This document shows positions 36,569-47,144 of a stretch of DNA of 64,000 nucleotides, one piece after another. The first letter of the stretch is position 1; each line of letters starts with the position of its first letter. The notes under the pieces were generated by a model. The model had not been told where the DNA came from, did no database searches, and saw only the letters and a list, made by a program, of their open reading frames with translations. The stretch is taken from positions 1-64,000 of the IMG/VR virus record IMGVR_UViG_3300025018_000111; one strand, 5' to 3'. This DNA is from a virus. The translations under genes were made by a program, and so were the position numbers.

Positions 36569-38542
36569 ATGAGCAGAAGTAAAACTTCAATTCCAAAAGA
36601 TTTAGAGGATTTAGAGAAAAGGAGAGGTAGGGTCCAATCAATATCACCTCTTTCTACAGAATTGTTCTCCAAATCTTCCTATGAATCGGACGCTTCCTCT
36701 AGCTCCTCATTCACCGATACGAATTACAGACGAAATTCCAGCTCTACTATTCGTAGGACCGATGCCTATAGAAATATTGAAGACGGGATGATTCCTCAGA
36801 CCGGATCTTCGTATATGGGTGGAACTTCAAGCGACAGCCCTTATACTATTCACGACGCCATAGAATTATGCCAGAAAAGCTATTATAATATTCCTGTTTG
36901 TAAGAATATCATTGATTTGATGGCGGAATTCAGTTCTACAGATATTTACTTCAAGGGCGGAACTAAAAAATCCAAGACATTTTTTGAAGAGTATTTTAAG
37001 TCAATTAACATTCACAAACTCCAAGACGAATTCTTTTTGGAATATTATAGATCGGGCAATGTTTTTCTCTATATCCATGAAGGATATATTTCGGATGAAA
37101 ACATGAGGAGATTGAAAAAGAATTTTGGACTCATTTTATCTGCCCTCGGATCTAAAATCCCTGTTAAATTTGAAATTCTAGATCCATCGTGCGTCCAGTC
37201 CGATGGCAATATAAGTTTTGCTAACAACTATTACAAAAAAGCCATATCTGGGTACGAGTTATCTCGATTAAAAAATCCAAAAACGGATCAGGACAAAATG
37301 GTCTTAGATTCTATGCCGAAAGACGTGCGGGATCAGATTACGAGACAAAAAGACGATATTCAATCTAATAATCATACGGTTTTCATCGATTTATCTGAAG
37401 ACAAAATTATTGCCATTTTCAATAAAAAAATGCCATACGAACCTTTTGCTGTTCCAATGTGTTGGCCAGTATTAAGAGATATAAATGCGAAAGAGGAGTT
37501 AAAAAAGATTGACATGGCGATAGCAAGAACCTCTCAACAGATGGTATTGCTTCTCACAATGGGCACAGAACTCAAGGATGGGACTGTTACTACCAATATG
37601 GAGTACATGAACAAAATGAGAGATTTGTTCAAAAATCAAAGTGTGAACAAGGTTCTTGTATCTGATTATACTACTAGAGCAGAATTCATAACGCCAAGAA
37701 TCGAAGATTTATTAACAGGTGAAAAGTACAAGATATTGAATGAAGATATTGCCAACGGACTGAATTCTATCCTAGCGGGTGGTGAAAAATTCAGCAATCA
37801 GAGTATCAAAGTTAAAGTATTTCTTGAGAGGTTGAAGCAAGGGAGAGAGGTTTTCAAAAGGGAATTTCTTATTCCTCAAATTAAGAATATTAGTAATAAA
37901 CTCGGTTTCAGAAAGTATCCAGAGCCTTATTTCCAAGAGGTTGATTTTAAGGATGAAATACAAATGAACCGAGTTTATACTCGACTTATAGAACTAGGGG
38001 TATTAACGGCGGATGACGGAATCAAGGCTATTCAAACTGGAGAGCTTCCAACTCCAGAGGAAAATCTAGAATCTCAAAAACTATTCAAAGACCAGAAAGA
38101 TGAAGGATTGTTTGACCCTCTTATCGGAGGAAAGAACAAAAGTGAAGGAGGAAGACCTTCTGGAACTTCTAGTCCTAAAACATCCGCTCCGATGACCGCA
38201 AATGAGGATAAAATATCAATTTCTAGGTTGAAAGAGACATATAAGATAGCATCAGAGGTTTACAAATCAATCGCCGAAGAGATTAGAGAAACTAACAATC
38301 TGACAAGACTCGGAAAAAAACAAAAGCAGATAGTAAGAGAATTGACCGACAATCTTATCATAAACGAAGGATTAGATAGTTGGAGAACAAAAGTTTCTTC
38401 ATATTGTTCGGGAAATTTCTCAGCGAAAACGTCGGCGGAAAGATTGGAATTGCTACACGAAGCGATGAAAGATTATGACGTTGATTATGTGGATGCGGCA
38501 CTGATTCTTGAAGTTAAGAAAGATCTAATGAATCATGAGTAA
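36569..38542 (+). CDS. portal protein
   Basis: Directly after terL; IIDLMAEFS, EYYRSGNVF, GGRPSG tail. Confidence 0.75.
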   Translation: MSRSKTSIPKDLEDLEKRRGRVQSISPLSTELFSKSSYESDASSSSSFTDTNYRRNSSSTIRRTDAYRNIEDGMIPQTGSSYMGGTSSDSPYTIHDAIELCQKSYYNIPVCKNIIDLMAEFSSTDIYFKGGTKKSKTFFEEYFKSINIHKLQDEFFLEYYRSGNVFLYIHEGYISDENMRRLKKNFGLILSALGSKIPVKFEILDPSCVQSDGNISFANNYYKKAISGYELSRLKNPKTDQDKMVLDSMPKDVRDQITRQKDDIQSNNHTVFIDLSEDKIIAIFNKKMPYEPFAVPMCWPVLRDINAKEELKKIDMAIARTSQQMVLLLTMGTELKDGTVTTNMEYMNKMRDLFKNQSVNKVLVSDYTTRAEFITPRIEDLLTGEKYKILNEDIANGLNSILAGGEKFSNQSIKVKVFLERLKQGREVFKREFLIPQIKNISNKLGFRKYPEPYFQEVDFKDEIQMNRVYTRLIELGVLTADDGIKAIQTGELPTPEENLESQKLFKDQKDEGLFDPLIGGKNKSEGGRPSGTSSPKTSAPMTANEDKISISRLKETYKIASEVYKSIAEEIRETNNLTRLGKKQKQIVRELTDNLIINEGLDSWRTKVSSYCSGNFSAKTSAERLELLHEAMKDYDVDYVDAALILEVKKDLMNHE

Positions 38543-39884
38543 CAACCTCTATCCCAATAGACAGAGCATATTCGTTGGTCCGGCTCCTAGTAGCGGATAC
38601 AATTTCTCTCTTTATAGTGATGGAAGCGGGAATGAAAATGATTCTGGAGATTATTTGTATTCTAATCATAATCTCTTGCAACCCATAGAACACGCTAGTT
38701 CTTTCTCTTGGGGGATCAATGATACTCGAACCGAGATCAAGCAATTATCTACCAAAGGAGCGTATGACAGAGTTTTCATTCAAAAACCGGTTGGCACTCT
38801 GGAGTTTTCTTACTTCAACAATGGGTTGAAAAACGATTGCAGAATTGGACTAGAGGCGAATTATGAAAGATGGGATTATCCCAATTCTGGTGTATTGTTA
38901 TATGGAGAATCTGGGATTTCCCCAATATCGGGATTTGATACCAATCTGTCAGAATTAAGAAGTTTCGATCCATTTCTTCCCAATCAGTATCGAGATAAAA
39001 GAAACATATTCTTTGTCAACAATTCTTTGAACAGAGATATTCTAAAATATAATTATACAGGAGACGATCATTCAATAAGAAATCTTATAGATACTAATTA
39101 TGCGAATTACGATGTTATCGGATTCGGTAACTGTTATTTAAACACTTATTCTACCTCCTGTTCCGTTGGGAGTTTAGTTCAATCTAGCGCATCCTTTTTG
39201 TTTGAAAACGTAGTGGGGTATGATAAGGGATCGGGCTACAATGCCCCAAGTTTAGATCCTGAGACTTATTCGTCTAATGGGAAAAGGTTCGCGATACCTC
39301 CAGTTTACAATTATCCAAATATGCTTCCTGTTACTCCAGACGATATTCAATCTACTATCACTTTGAATGATATTGGTGTAAATTTTGAGGATTTAAGTGT
39401 TCAAAGCTACAACATAACGATGGAGTTGAATCGTTTAAATCTTGAATCCATTGGGTATGATTTACCTTTGGATAGAAAATTAAACTATCCAATTTATTGC
39501 GAATTATCAATGGATGCGATTGTCCATGATTTTGCTACGGGGGAATTGAAATCATTTGCTACGGATAATTCTGATTATGATCTGAACATCAGACTCTATA
39601 ACCCAACACCTAGTAACGAGATGGATATTTCAATTCGATACGATTTTAGGAAAGCAAAGTTGTTGAATTACAGATACAGTAATAGTTTTGGAAATTCAAT
39701 GAGTGTTAATTTTTCATTTTCCGTTGAAGTAGATCCGTCTGATCTAACAAAAGGTTTTTTCATTAGCGGACAATTCAATGAACACCAAGACGAAAGACAA
39801 GATTATCTATTGGATGAAAATATTGATTTTTTGGTAGATGAGAATGGAGATAAGTTGATTACAAATTACAAACCGATCTATTAG
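38535..39884 (+). CDS. tail-tube-like structural protein (paralogue of 52132 and 56000)
   Basis: Shared S.FVGP.PS.G and GFGNCY..YS...SVG blocks. Confidence 0.65.
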   Translation: MSNNLYPNRQSIFVGPAPSSGYNFSLYSDGSGNENDSGDYLYSNHNLLQPIEHASSFSWGINDTRTEIKQLSTKGAYDRVFIQKPVGTLEFSYFNNGLKNDCRIGLEANYERWDYPNSGVLLYGESGISPISGFDTNLSELRSFDPFLPNQYRDKRNIFFVNNSLNRDILKYNYTGDDHSIRNLIDTNYANYDVIGFGNCYLNTYSTSCSVGSLVQSSASFLFENVVGYDKGSGYNAPSLDPETYSSNGKRFAIPPVYNYPNMLPVTPDDIQSTITLNDIGVNFEDLSVQSYNITMELNRLNLESIGYDLPLDRKLNYPIYCELSMDAIVHDFATGELKSFATDNSDYDLNIRLYNPTPSNEMDISIRYDFRKAKLLNYRYSNSFGNSMSVNFSFSVEVDPSDLTKGFFISGQFNEHQDERQDYLLDENIDFLVDENGDKLITNYKPIY

Positions 39885-39896
39885 AATTTAAAAAAT

Positions 39897-41003
39897 ATGG
39901 CAAACAAAGTTTTAGGGCAATATACTCTATTATCGGATTTACCTTCCGATAGCTTATTTTACACTGTTGTAAGTGGCGTCACTTATAAGACTACTATAGG
40001 TGCAATCCAAAGCGGATTTAGTCCATCAACATTAATATCTCTCTCTGATACCCCCTCATCATATGCAACGACATCTTCCCGATCCGATCCTAGTAAGTAT
40101 TATTTTTTAAGCGTAAATTCTCCCAATACAGCAACAGAGTTTGCTCAAGTCAGATTCACAGATCTAAATGAAACGCCAAGTTCTCTTTTAGGAAGCTCTT
40201 CTGACAGTTATGGTCAAAAATTCTTCGGGGTATCTCAAGGGGCATCTACGATTACCGCAGAATATGCGAAATTCACTGGACTAAACGATGTCCCTCACTC
40301 TTATTCTGCCTCCTCTTTGTATTTAGTTAGGGTGAATGCAGGTGAAACGGCTCTGGAATTTGTGGACCCAAGTTCTATTATTCCTAATACTACGGGATTT
40401 TTGCAATTAAATGATACTCCAAGCTCTTACATAGGTCAAGCTGGAAATTATCTCAGAGTAGATTCTTCCGAAACGGGCGTGGAATTTACTTCGGTAGCCC
40501 CTTCATCCTCTAGCATCTGCGGAGAGACGATTCCTATAAAAATTCCAGCATCAAGTTCAGCCGTCGAACAAGATTCATTCCCAGAAACTTTGATAAGACT
40601 TCAGTCTAATGATGGAGACCACTTCGTCTATTCGTCATGGATGAAACCTACGGGATTTGACAGTGGGAAGGATATAACCATTGATATATGTTTCTTTGGA
40701 GTAGAACACTCCTCTACAGAACCTCGTTATTATTACAATTTGTTTTGTGTTACGGGAACCACTGGAACGAACCCCTCGTCGTTCGATAAATCACTCGACG
40801 CCCCACTCCTTACCGATTATGTAGATATGACCGATATAGCGACACAAAAGCTAGTGAGGAAAAGGCACACCTTTTCAGCATTACTAAGCGATGATGTCGC
40901 GGCATTATATTTTTGCCTACAGAGAACTAACGGAACAAGTGGCGCCGAAAATTTATCGGGAATATTTTTAAATAGAATTGGATTGACATATCACCAAAAT
41001 TAG
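39897..41003 (+). CDS. fibre-like virion protein with F..L.DTPSSY repeats
   Basis: Four LSDTPSSY/LNETPSS/LNDVPHSY/LNDTPSSY-type repeats. Confidence 0.6.
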   Translation: MANKVLGQYTLLSDLPSDSLFYTVVSGVTYKTTIGAIQSGFSPSTLISLSDTPSSYATTSSRSDPSKYYFLSVNSPNTATEFAQVRFTDLNETPSSLLGSSSDSYGQKFFGVSQGASTITAEYAKFTGLNDVPHSYSASSLYLVRVNAGETALEFVDPSSIIPNTTGFLQLNDTPSSYIGQAGNYLRVDSSETGVEFTSVAPSSSSICGETIPIKIPASSSAVEQDSFPETLIRLQSNDGDHFVYSSWMKPTGFDSGKDITIDICFFGVEHSSTEPRYYYNLFCVTGTTGTNPSSFDKSLDAPLLTDYVDMTDIATQKLVRKRHTFSALLSDDVAALYFCLQRTNGTSGAENLSGIFLNRIGLTYHQN

Positions 41004-41110
41004 TCAAAATAATAAAGATCGAGAAAAATCGAAGAATGGGAGAATTTGTTTGACAATTCTTCCATTTTTGATGTATAATATAGGCAGCCATTGAGGTTTT
41101 AAAGAAATAT

Positions 41111-43057
41111 ATGAGCATATTTGACGAACAAGTTAGTAGGAAACCGGATTTATATCCTTGGACAGAACAATTTTTAGAAGCAGCGCAAAGCAATTTATGG
41201 ACTCATAGGGAATTTACATTTCAATCCGATGTTCAGGATTTTAAAGTGAATATGACCAAGGATGAGCGGGATATGATCATAAGATCGTTATCTTGCATTG
41301 GTCAACTAGAAATCAGTGTTAAAAAATTCTGGGCTAAACTTGGGGACAATCTTCCTCACCCGTCTCTCTATGACCTTGGGTATATGTTTGCATATCAGGA
41401 ATGTTATTCAGCTGATACCGAAGTTTTAACCCCAAATGGATGGAGATATTTATCATCAATGAAGAAAGGGGACGAGGTCTATCAATTCAACCCAGAAACT
41501 TGTGGATTATCTGAGACTATAGTTAAAGACACTATTTCTAAAAAATATAATGGCAAAATGTATGAATTTGGAGAAAAAAGCAATAACTGTTTTGTGACTC
41601 CGAATCATGATATGGTAATTCAGAGGCAGAAATCCGATGGATGGAAGGTTAGTAAGGTTGCGGCCAAAGATTTGAAATTCCATTCAGCTATAAAAATACC
41701 GAAGACGACGTTTATCGAGAACAACAAGGATAACAGTCTTACAAATGAAGAAAGAATTTATATAGCCATTCAAGCGGATGGCACAATATCTTATAGATAT
41801 GGGAAGGATGGAGAAAAAATCTTGCGAGGAGTTTCTGAAAACTCTGAATATTCTTATGTAATAGATTTGTACGAAGATCGCAAAAAAAATAGAATGGATT
41901 ATTTGCTTGAAAATTCCAGTATAAAATATACCACCGGATATTCAAAGTGTGGAAAACGCAAGATATATTACCTACATATCAGTGGAGATGAAAATTATAA
42001 GGAATTTGATTGGATAGATTTGAAATCAAAATCAAAAAGATGGTGCAAAGAATTCGTAGAAGAGCTATGGAATTGGGATGGATCTCTTGAGAGAAAATCT
42101 TATTACAGTAAACATAAAAAAAATGCAGATTTTTGTCAGCATGTGGGAATACTGGCGGGATATCGTACAATTGTAAGTCCCTTTGCTGATAATAGGGGCA
42201 CGAGGGACAAAACAAAATTCGTAACATCTTTTTCAGAACTCGATCATAGATGGAGATATATTATTCAAATGAAAAAGAAGGAAATAGATTACAACTCTAC
42301 GGTTCATTGCATCACTGTTGAAAGTGGAGCCATCGTAACCAGAAGGAAGGGGAGGCCATTCATCGCTGGAAATTGCGTTCATGGGTCTGCTTACGAACGC
42401 CTTTTAGAGGTATTAGGTATTGAAGAGGCGTTTGATCGGGCTTTGGAAATGCCAATCCTGAAGGGAAGAGTAAATTATTTGAAAAAATATTTACACAAAT
42501 TCCATTCTGACAATAGAAAGCAGTTTGTTTACTCTATTATCCTTTTTACAATTTTCGTAGAGAATATTGCTCTGTTTTCTCAGTTTTATACTTGCATGTG
42601 GTTTAGAAAATACAAGAATTTCTTAAAAGATACTGAGAAGCAAACTAATTACACGTCGAATGAGGAGAATATTCATCACGAAGCGGGATGTAAAATAATA
42701 TCTGAAATTAGAAAAGAACTTCCTGAACTATTTGATTCTGAATTGGAGGATAGAATAATTGAAGAATCTAAGAACGCAGTTGAATATGAGATGAAAATTA
42801 TCGAATGGATTCTTGGAGATTTTCAGCATGAGTATTTAAACAAAGAGCTTCTTTGTAATTTTATCAAAAATCGCCTTAACAGATCTTTAATCATGATTGG
42901 CTATAAACCTGTTTTTGATATAGATGTAGAATTGTTAAAAAAAACAAATTGGTTTGACGAACAACTTAACGGAAACAATCAGCAAGACTTCTTTGATAAT
43001 CGAAGCATTGAATATGTTAAAAATGCACAATCATTTGACGAAGAATCATTATTTTAA
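41111..43057 (+). CDS. nrdB: ribonucleotide reductase class I beta subunit with intein
   Basis: R2 motifs (E..H, VENIALFSQF, EENIH, DFF); intein at 41402-42373. Confidence 0.9.
   Translation: MSIFDEQVSRKPDLYPWTEQFLEAAQSNLWTHREFTFQSDVQDFKVNMTKDERDMIIRSLSCIGQLEISVKKFWAKLGDNLPHPSLYDLGYMFAYQECYSADTEVLTPNGWRYLSSMKKGDEVYQFNPETCGLSETIVKDTISKKYNGKMYEFGEKSNNCFVTPNHDMVIQRQKSDGWKVSKVAAKDLKFHSAIKIPKTTFIENNKDNSLTNEERIYIAIQADGTISYRYGKDGEKILRGVSENSEYSYVIDLYEDRKKNRMDYLLENSSIKYTTGYSKCGKRKIYYLHISGDENYKEFDWIDLKSKSKRWCKEFVEELWNWDGSLERKSYYSKHKKNADFCQHVGILAGYRTIVSPFADNRGTRDKTKFVTSFSELDHRWRYIIQMKKKEIDYNSTVHCITVESGAIVTRRKGRPFIAGNCVHGSAYERLLEVLGIEEAFDRALEMPILKGRVNYLKKYLHKFHSDNRKQFVYSIILFTIFVENIALFSQFYTCMWFRKYKNFLKDTEKQTNYTSNEENIHHEAGCKIISEIRKELPELFDSELEDRIIEESKNAVEYEMKIIEWILGDFQHEYLNKELLCNFIKNRLNRSLIMIGYKPVFDIDVELLKKTNWFDEQLNGNNQQDFFDNRSIEYVKNAQSFDEESLF
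41402..42373 (+). mobile_element. 324-aa intein with LAGLIDADG-like homing endonuclease
   Basis: CYSADTEVLT start, VTPNH block B, IQADG and LWNWDGS blocks, IAGN/C end. Confidence 0.9.
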
Positions 43058-43064
43058 AAAAGAA

Positions 43065-45128
43065 ATGAAATACGATAATTTTTACTGGCTAAACGAAGAC
43101 TCTAGAACATTTTTATCTAGGGGTTATTTGAAAGAGGGGGAATTGGCGGAAGATCGTCTTCGTGAAATAAGCGAAGCGTCTGAATCTATTTTAAAAGAAA
43201 AAGGATTCGCGGATAAATTTTACGATTACGTATCTCGCGGTTTTTACTCATTATCAACTCCTGTTCTCTGTAATTTTGGAAAACCTAATAATACAGGAGT
43301 TTCTTGTTTTTCTAGCTATATTCCAGACTCTACGGATGAAATTCTGAGAAAAGTAGGAGAGGTCGGGATCATGTCCAAGTGGGGAGGTGGAACATCTGGA
43401 TATTTTGGAGATGTTAGACCGAGAGGATCTAAAATCGTGAGAGGAGGAGGGGAAACGGACGGTCCAGTAAGGTTTATGGAATTGTTTGACAAAGTTGCGG
43501 ATGTAGTTAGCCAATCAAGTAGCCGGAGAGGATCTTTTGCAGCATATCTCCCTGTTGAGCATCCTGATATTTTGGAATTTTTACAGATCAGAAGTGATGG
43601 TCATATTATTCAAAACATGAGTATCGGAGTAACTATTTCTGACGACTGGATGGAAAAGATGTTGAGTGGGGATAAGGATAAGAGAAAAATATGGGGACTT
43701 ATTATTCGGAAAAGGTTTGAGACTGGATATCCTTATATCGTATATACTGATACAACTAATAAAAACGCCCCACAGTGGTACAAAGATCAGGGGATGAAGA
43801 TCCTGAACTCAAACCTGTGCGTTGCTCCAGAAACTATGGTGACTACATCTGACGGTTCGTTTGAAATCCAAGAACTAAAGGATAGAGAAGTTAAAGTTTG
43901 GAACGGAGAAGAATGGTCGACGGTTATTATTAGAAAAACGGGATCTAATCAGAGGCTGATAAAATTAACCTTTCGAGATGAAAATGGAGCTGAAAATTCT
44001 ATTTGGACGACAGAGCATCATAAGTTTTATATTGAAGATGGGAGCGAAATAAGAGCAAAAGATTTAGTTGTTGGAGATAAATTAGAGAAATTCGATAACC
44101 ATAGCTCTATTAATAAGCAATATATTCTTTTAAATATATCGGATTTACAGAGGGTTGATGATACTTACTGCGCGACCGAACCGAAAAGGAATAGGATTCA
44201 ATTTAATGGAATTTTGACTGGGAACTGTTCTGAAATATTTCTCCCAACTAACGAAAAAGAATCTTTCGTTTGTGTCCTTTCTTGTTTGAACCTTCTTCAT
44301 TGGGATGAAATAAAAAAAACAGATGCTCCAGAAACTTTGCTTAAATTCCTATGGACGGTTAACGAAGAGTTCGTAAGAAAGACAGACGGGGTTCCTTTTA
44401 TGGAAGATGCGAATAGGTTTGCAAAAAGACATCGGGCTATCGGATTAGGAGTTTTAGGCTGGCACTCTCTTCTTCAGAGCAAAATGATCCCGTTTGAATC
44501 TATGGAAGCGAAGTTTTTGAATAATGAGATTTTCAAAGAGATCAGATTGAGAATGGATTCTACTAACAAGGAATTGGTCAAAACAATCGGAGAATCTGAA
44601 GTAACTAAGGGATATGGAGTTGCACTGTCAACGACTATGAGTTTGCCTCCTACAACGAGCAGTTCCTTTATATTAGGTCAAGTATCTCAAAGTATTGAAC
44701 CTTTGAATAGTAATTATTTCGTGAAAAGATTGGCAAAAGGGAATTTTACATATAAAAATCCAGAATTCTTAGAGTTACTAGAAAAGAAGGGGAAGAACAA
44801 TGAGGGGACTTGGAACTCGATATTAGTCAAAGGAGGATCTGTCCAGCATTTAGATTTTTTATCTGAACATGAAAAAAATGTCTTTAAAACTTTTGGAGAA
44901 ATATCTCAGAAGGAAATTATTATTCAGGCAGCACAGCGTCAACCGTACATAGACCAAGGACAAAGTTTGAATATAACAGTTGGTCCAAAGATTCCTGCCA
45001 AAGAGGTTAGTGATCTTATGATTGAGGCATGGAAGCTCGGTGTCAAATCCTTATATTATCAAAGAGGTGCAAATCCATCTCAAGAGTTAGCGAGAAGTTT
45101 AAACCAATGCGTTTCCTGCGAAGGGTAG
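43065..45128 (+). CDS. nrdA: ribonucleotide reductase class I alpha subunit with mini-intein
   Basis: SCF, GGGTS, RRGS, NLC/SEI, PTTSSS, KSLYY, C-terminal CVSCEG. Confidence 0.93.
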   Translation: MKYDNFYWLNEDSRTFLSRGYLKEGELAEDRLREISEASESILKEKGFADKFYDYVSRGFYSLSTPVLCNFGKPNNTGVSCFSSYIPDSTDEILRKVGEVGIMSKWGGGTSGYFGDVRPRGSKIVRGGGETDGPVRFMELFDKVADVVSQSSSRRGSFAAYLPVEHPDILEFLQIRSDGHIIQNMSIGVTISDDWMEKMLSGDKDKRKIWGLIIRKRFETGYPYIVYTDTTNKNAPQWYKDQGMKILNSNLCVAPETMVTTSDGSFEIQELKDREVKVWNGEEWSTVIIRKTGSNQRLIKLTFRDENGAENSIWTTEHHKFYIEDGSEIRAKDLVVGDKLEKFDNHSSINKQYILLNISDLQRVDDTYCATEPKRNRIQFNGILTGNCSEIFLPTNEKESFVCVLSCLNLLHWDEIKKTDAPETLLKFLWTVNEEFVRKTDGVPFMEDANRFAKRHRAIGLGVLGWHSLLQSKMIPFESMEAKFLNNEIFKEIRLRMDSTNKELVKTIGESEVTKGYGVALSTTMSLPPTTSSSFILGQVSQSIEPLNSNYFVKRLAKGNFTYKNPEFLELLEKKGKNNEGTWNSILVKGGSVQHLDFLSEHEKNVFKTFGEISQKEIIIQAAQRQPYIDQGQSLNITVGPKIPAKEVSDLMIEAWKLGVKSLYYQRGANPSQELARSLNQCVSCEG
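43818..44225 (+). mobile_element. 136-aa mini-intein
   Basis: CVAPET start, TTEHHKF, DTYC..EP, ILTGN/C end; no endonuclease. Confidence 0.9.
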
Positions 45129-45164
45129 TTGATAGAACTTTAATCTAAATCCGACTTCTTAAAT

Positions 45165-45195
45165 GAGGCACCTTTTGCGAGGTGTCTCTTTTTTT
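45165..45195 (+). terminator. Rho-independent terminator after nrdA
   Basis: GAGGCACCTT-loop-GAGGTGTCTC followed by a T tract. Confidence 0.8.
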
Positions 45196-45213
45196 AGTGT
45201 ATTTCATTTTAAC

Positions 45214-45585
45214 ATGAAAAGTTTAAAAAAAGTTGAGAATGATTTAGATACTTTATTGAATCATAAGATGATTTCAACATCGTCTTATGACGAAACAGGA
45301 AAAGAGGATAATGATGATTCTGAAGAAATAAAATATAGACTAGAAGATTTGAAGTACTCCTTAAAGTACGTTAATGAAGAAGTTCAATATCTCAGAAATT
45401 ATATTATGGAATTAAGAGACGAGTTGTCAAAACATGAATACGAAGGGCATCTTCCTAAAATCACCTCTCCATCTCAAATGAACAAGATTCTACAAATCCT
45501 AGAATTGGATGGAGATTATGAGGCCTCCAAAAAGAAGATTTATTCCCACTCTAGCTCCGCAGGAGTGGATTGCATGATTTTTTAA
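45214..45585 (+). CDS. hypothetical coiled-coil protein
   Basis: ATG 45214 after GTGTA motif. Confidence 0.7.
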   Translation: MKSLKKVENDLDTLLNHKMISTSSYDETGKEDNDDSEEIKYRLEDLKYSLKYVNEEVQYLRNYIMELRDELSKHEYEGHLPKITSPSQMNKILQILELDGDYEASKKKIYSHSSSAGVDCMIF

Positions 45586-45599
45586 AAAAAAACATTACG

Positions 45600-47102
45600 A
45601 TGAAATTAAAATTCAAATCTCAAGTAATAGCAAAATCGTTTGATAAGAAAGAAGATCTAATTAGTTCCGCATCCCTTTCTGAACTCAAGAGATACATTCC
45701 AGAAATCGACGAAGCTAAAAATCCAGACTTACTGCCAGTAAGTTTCAACGCTTTCGTAGCCAATAAAGGAAACAAGAATATGGACATTCTTGATTCTAAG
45801 GGAACTATGGAAGTTGTCGATAGTTTCATTTATAAACCGATCAATATTGAACACGATGGAGAAAAAACCATCGGGGTCATTACCGGATACGCATTCTCAG
45901 AATATGGGACTAATAAAGATATAACAAAAGAGGAAGCGTCTAAAATGACATCTCCCTACAATGTTACTCTCAGTGGACTTATTTGGAGAACCGTAAATGA
46001 AAGAATGGCCGAAGTAATTGAGGAAAGTTCTAAACCCGAATCAGATGACTATGGATTAGTCTCGGCATCTTGGGAGTTATCCTTTGAAGATTATAATGTG
46101 GTGGCAATGGAAAATGGTAAGGATGAAATCGAAGGGTCGACGATTCTTTCGGGTTCCGAAAAAGAAGAATACAAACCCTTCATGGTTCACCGAGGAGGAA
46201 AGGGTAAATCAAAAAAAGAAAGTTGGGCATTGTACAGACTTCCAAGTGAGGGATTGGTCGGTTTGGGAATTGGTTTTGTAGAAAACCCTGCTGCCGATGT
46301 TTCTGGAATTTGTACTAAGGAAACGAAAGAATCCAAGTCGAAAGCATCAAGTTCGGAAGAAATTATTAGCAAATTTAACGAAATGAATCAAAAAATAGAT
46401 AAAATTCAAGAAAATTTTACTAATATTCAAAAAAATGGTGTAATTATTAAAGAGAAAGCTATGATTAAACGAATTAAAGATATCAATGCTGATTCTATTA
46501 AAGCGTCTTTAGGTGAAGACAAGATCGATACTACTGTAGCTTCGGCTCTTTCTGATATCATCAAGACTGCTTGGAATAGCGAATCAGAAGAGTTTGAAAC
46601 AAAACTCCAAACGGAACAATTGGCTAAAGAGAAATCTGAAGCTGATAATCAAGAACTCAGGGAGCAACTTGAGATATCAACATCGAAATTGTCAACTATC
46701 GAAGCTGAACTTAATTCATTGAAAGAAAAAGAAATTAGTCGTGAAAAAGAAGAAAAGTTTCAATCACGCATGGAATTCTTTGATTCTAAATATGATGTTT
46801 CTGAGAAGCATCGTCCTTTGATTGCTAAGAAGTTGAATATGATTCAAACAGACGAGGATTTTGAAGATGTAAAGAACGAATTGGACGTGTTTCTTCCTTT
46901 GAAGAAAGATTCTGCCTCTTCCCAAGCATCGGACAAATCTAAAGGAGATGAAAATCAAGATGCTGACGAAAACTCAGTAGATGATTCTATCAGTCAAGCA
47001 TCCAAGGATACTCTATCCACAGTTCCTAATACAAATTCAAAAGACAATATCGATGATTTCAGTGACGCTTTTGAAATCGGGAAAAATGTAACTTTGAGAT
47101 AA
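45600..47102 (+). CDS. prohead protease with C-terminal scaffold domain
   Basis: NKNMD, KPINIEH, SASWEL, VENPAA, then acidic coiled coil; upstream of capsid genes. Confidence 0.75.
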   Translation: MKLKFKSQVIAKSFDKKEDLISSASLSELKRYIPEIDEAKNPDLLPVSFNAFVANKGNKNMDILDSKGTMEVVDSFIYKPINIEHDGEKTIGVITGYAFSEYGTNKDITKEEASKMTSPYNVTLSGLIWRTVNERMAEVIEESSKPESDDYGLVSASWELSFEDYNVVAMENGKDEIEGSTILSGSEKEEYKPFMVHRGGKGKSKKESWALYRLPSEGLVGLGIGFVENPAADVSGICTKETKESKSKASSSEEIISKFNEMNQKIDKIQENFTNIQKNGVIIKEKAMIKRIKDINADSIKASLGEDKIDTTVASALSDIIKTAWNSESEEFETKLQTEQLAKEKSEADNQELREQLEISTSKLSTIEAELNSLKEKEISREKEEKFQSRMEFFDSKYDVSEKHRPLIAKKLNMIQTDEDFEDVKNELDVFLPLKKDSASSQASDKSKGDENQDADENSVDDSISQASKDTLSTVPNTNSKDNIDDFSDAFEIGKNVTLR

Positions 47103-47144
47103 AACTTTAGTCAATTTAACAAACTGAAAATTAAATAGAAGAAA

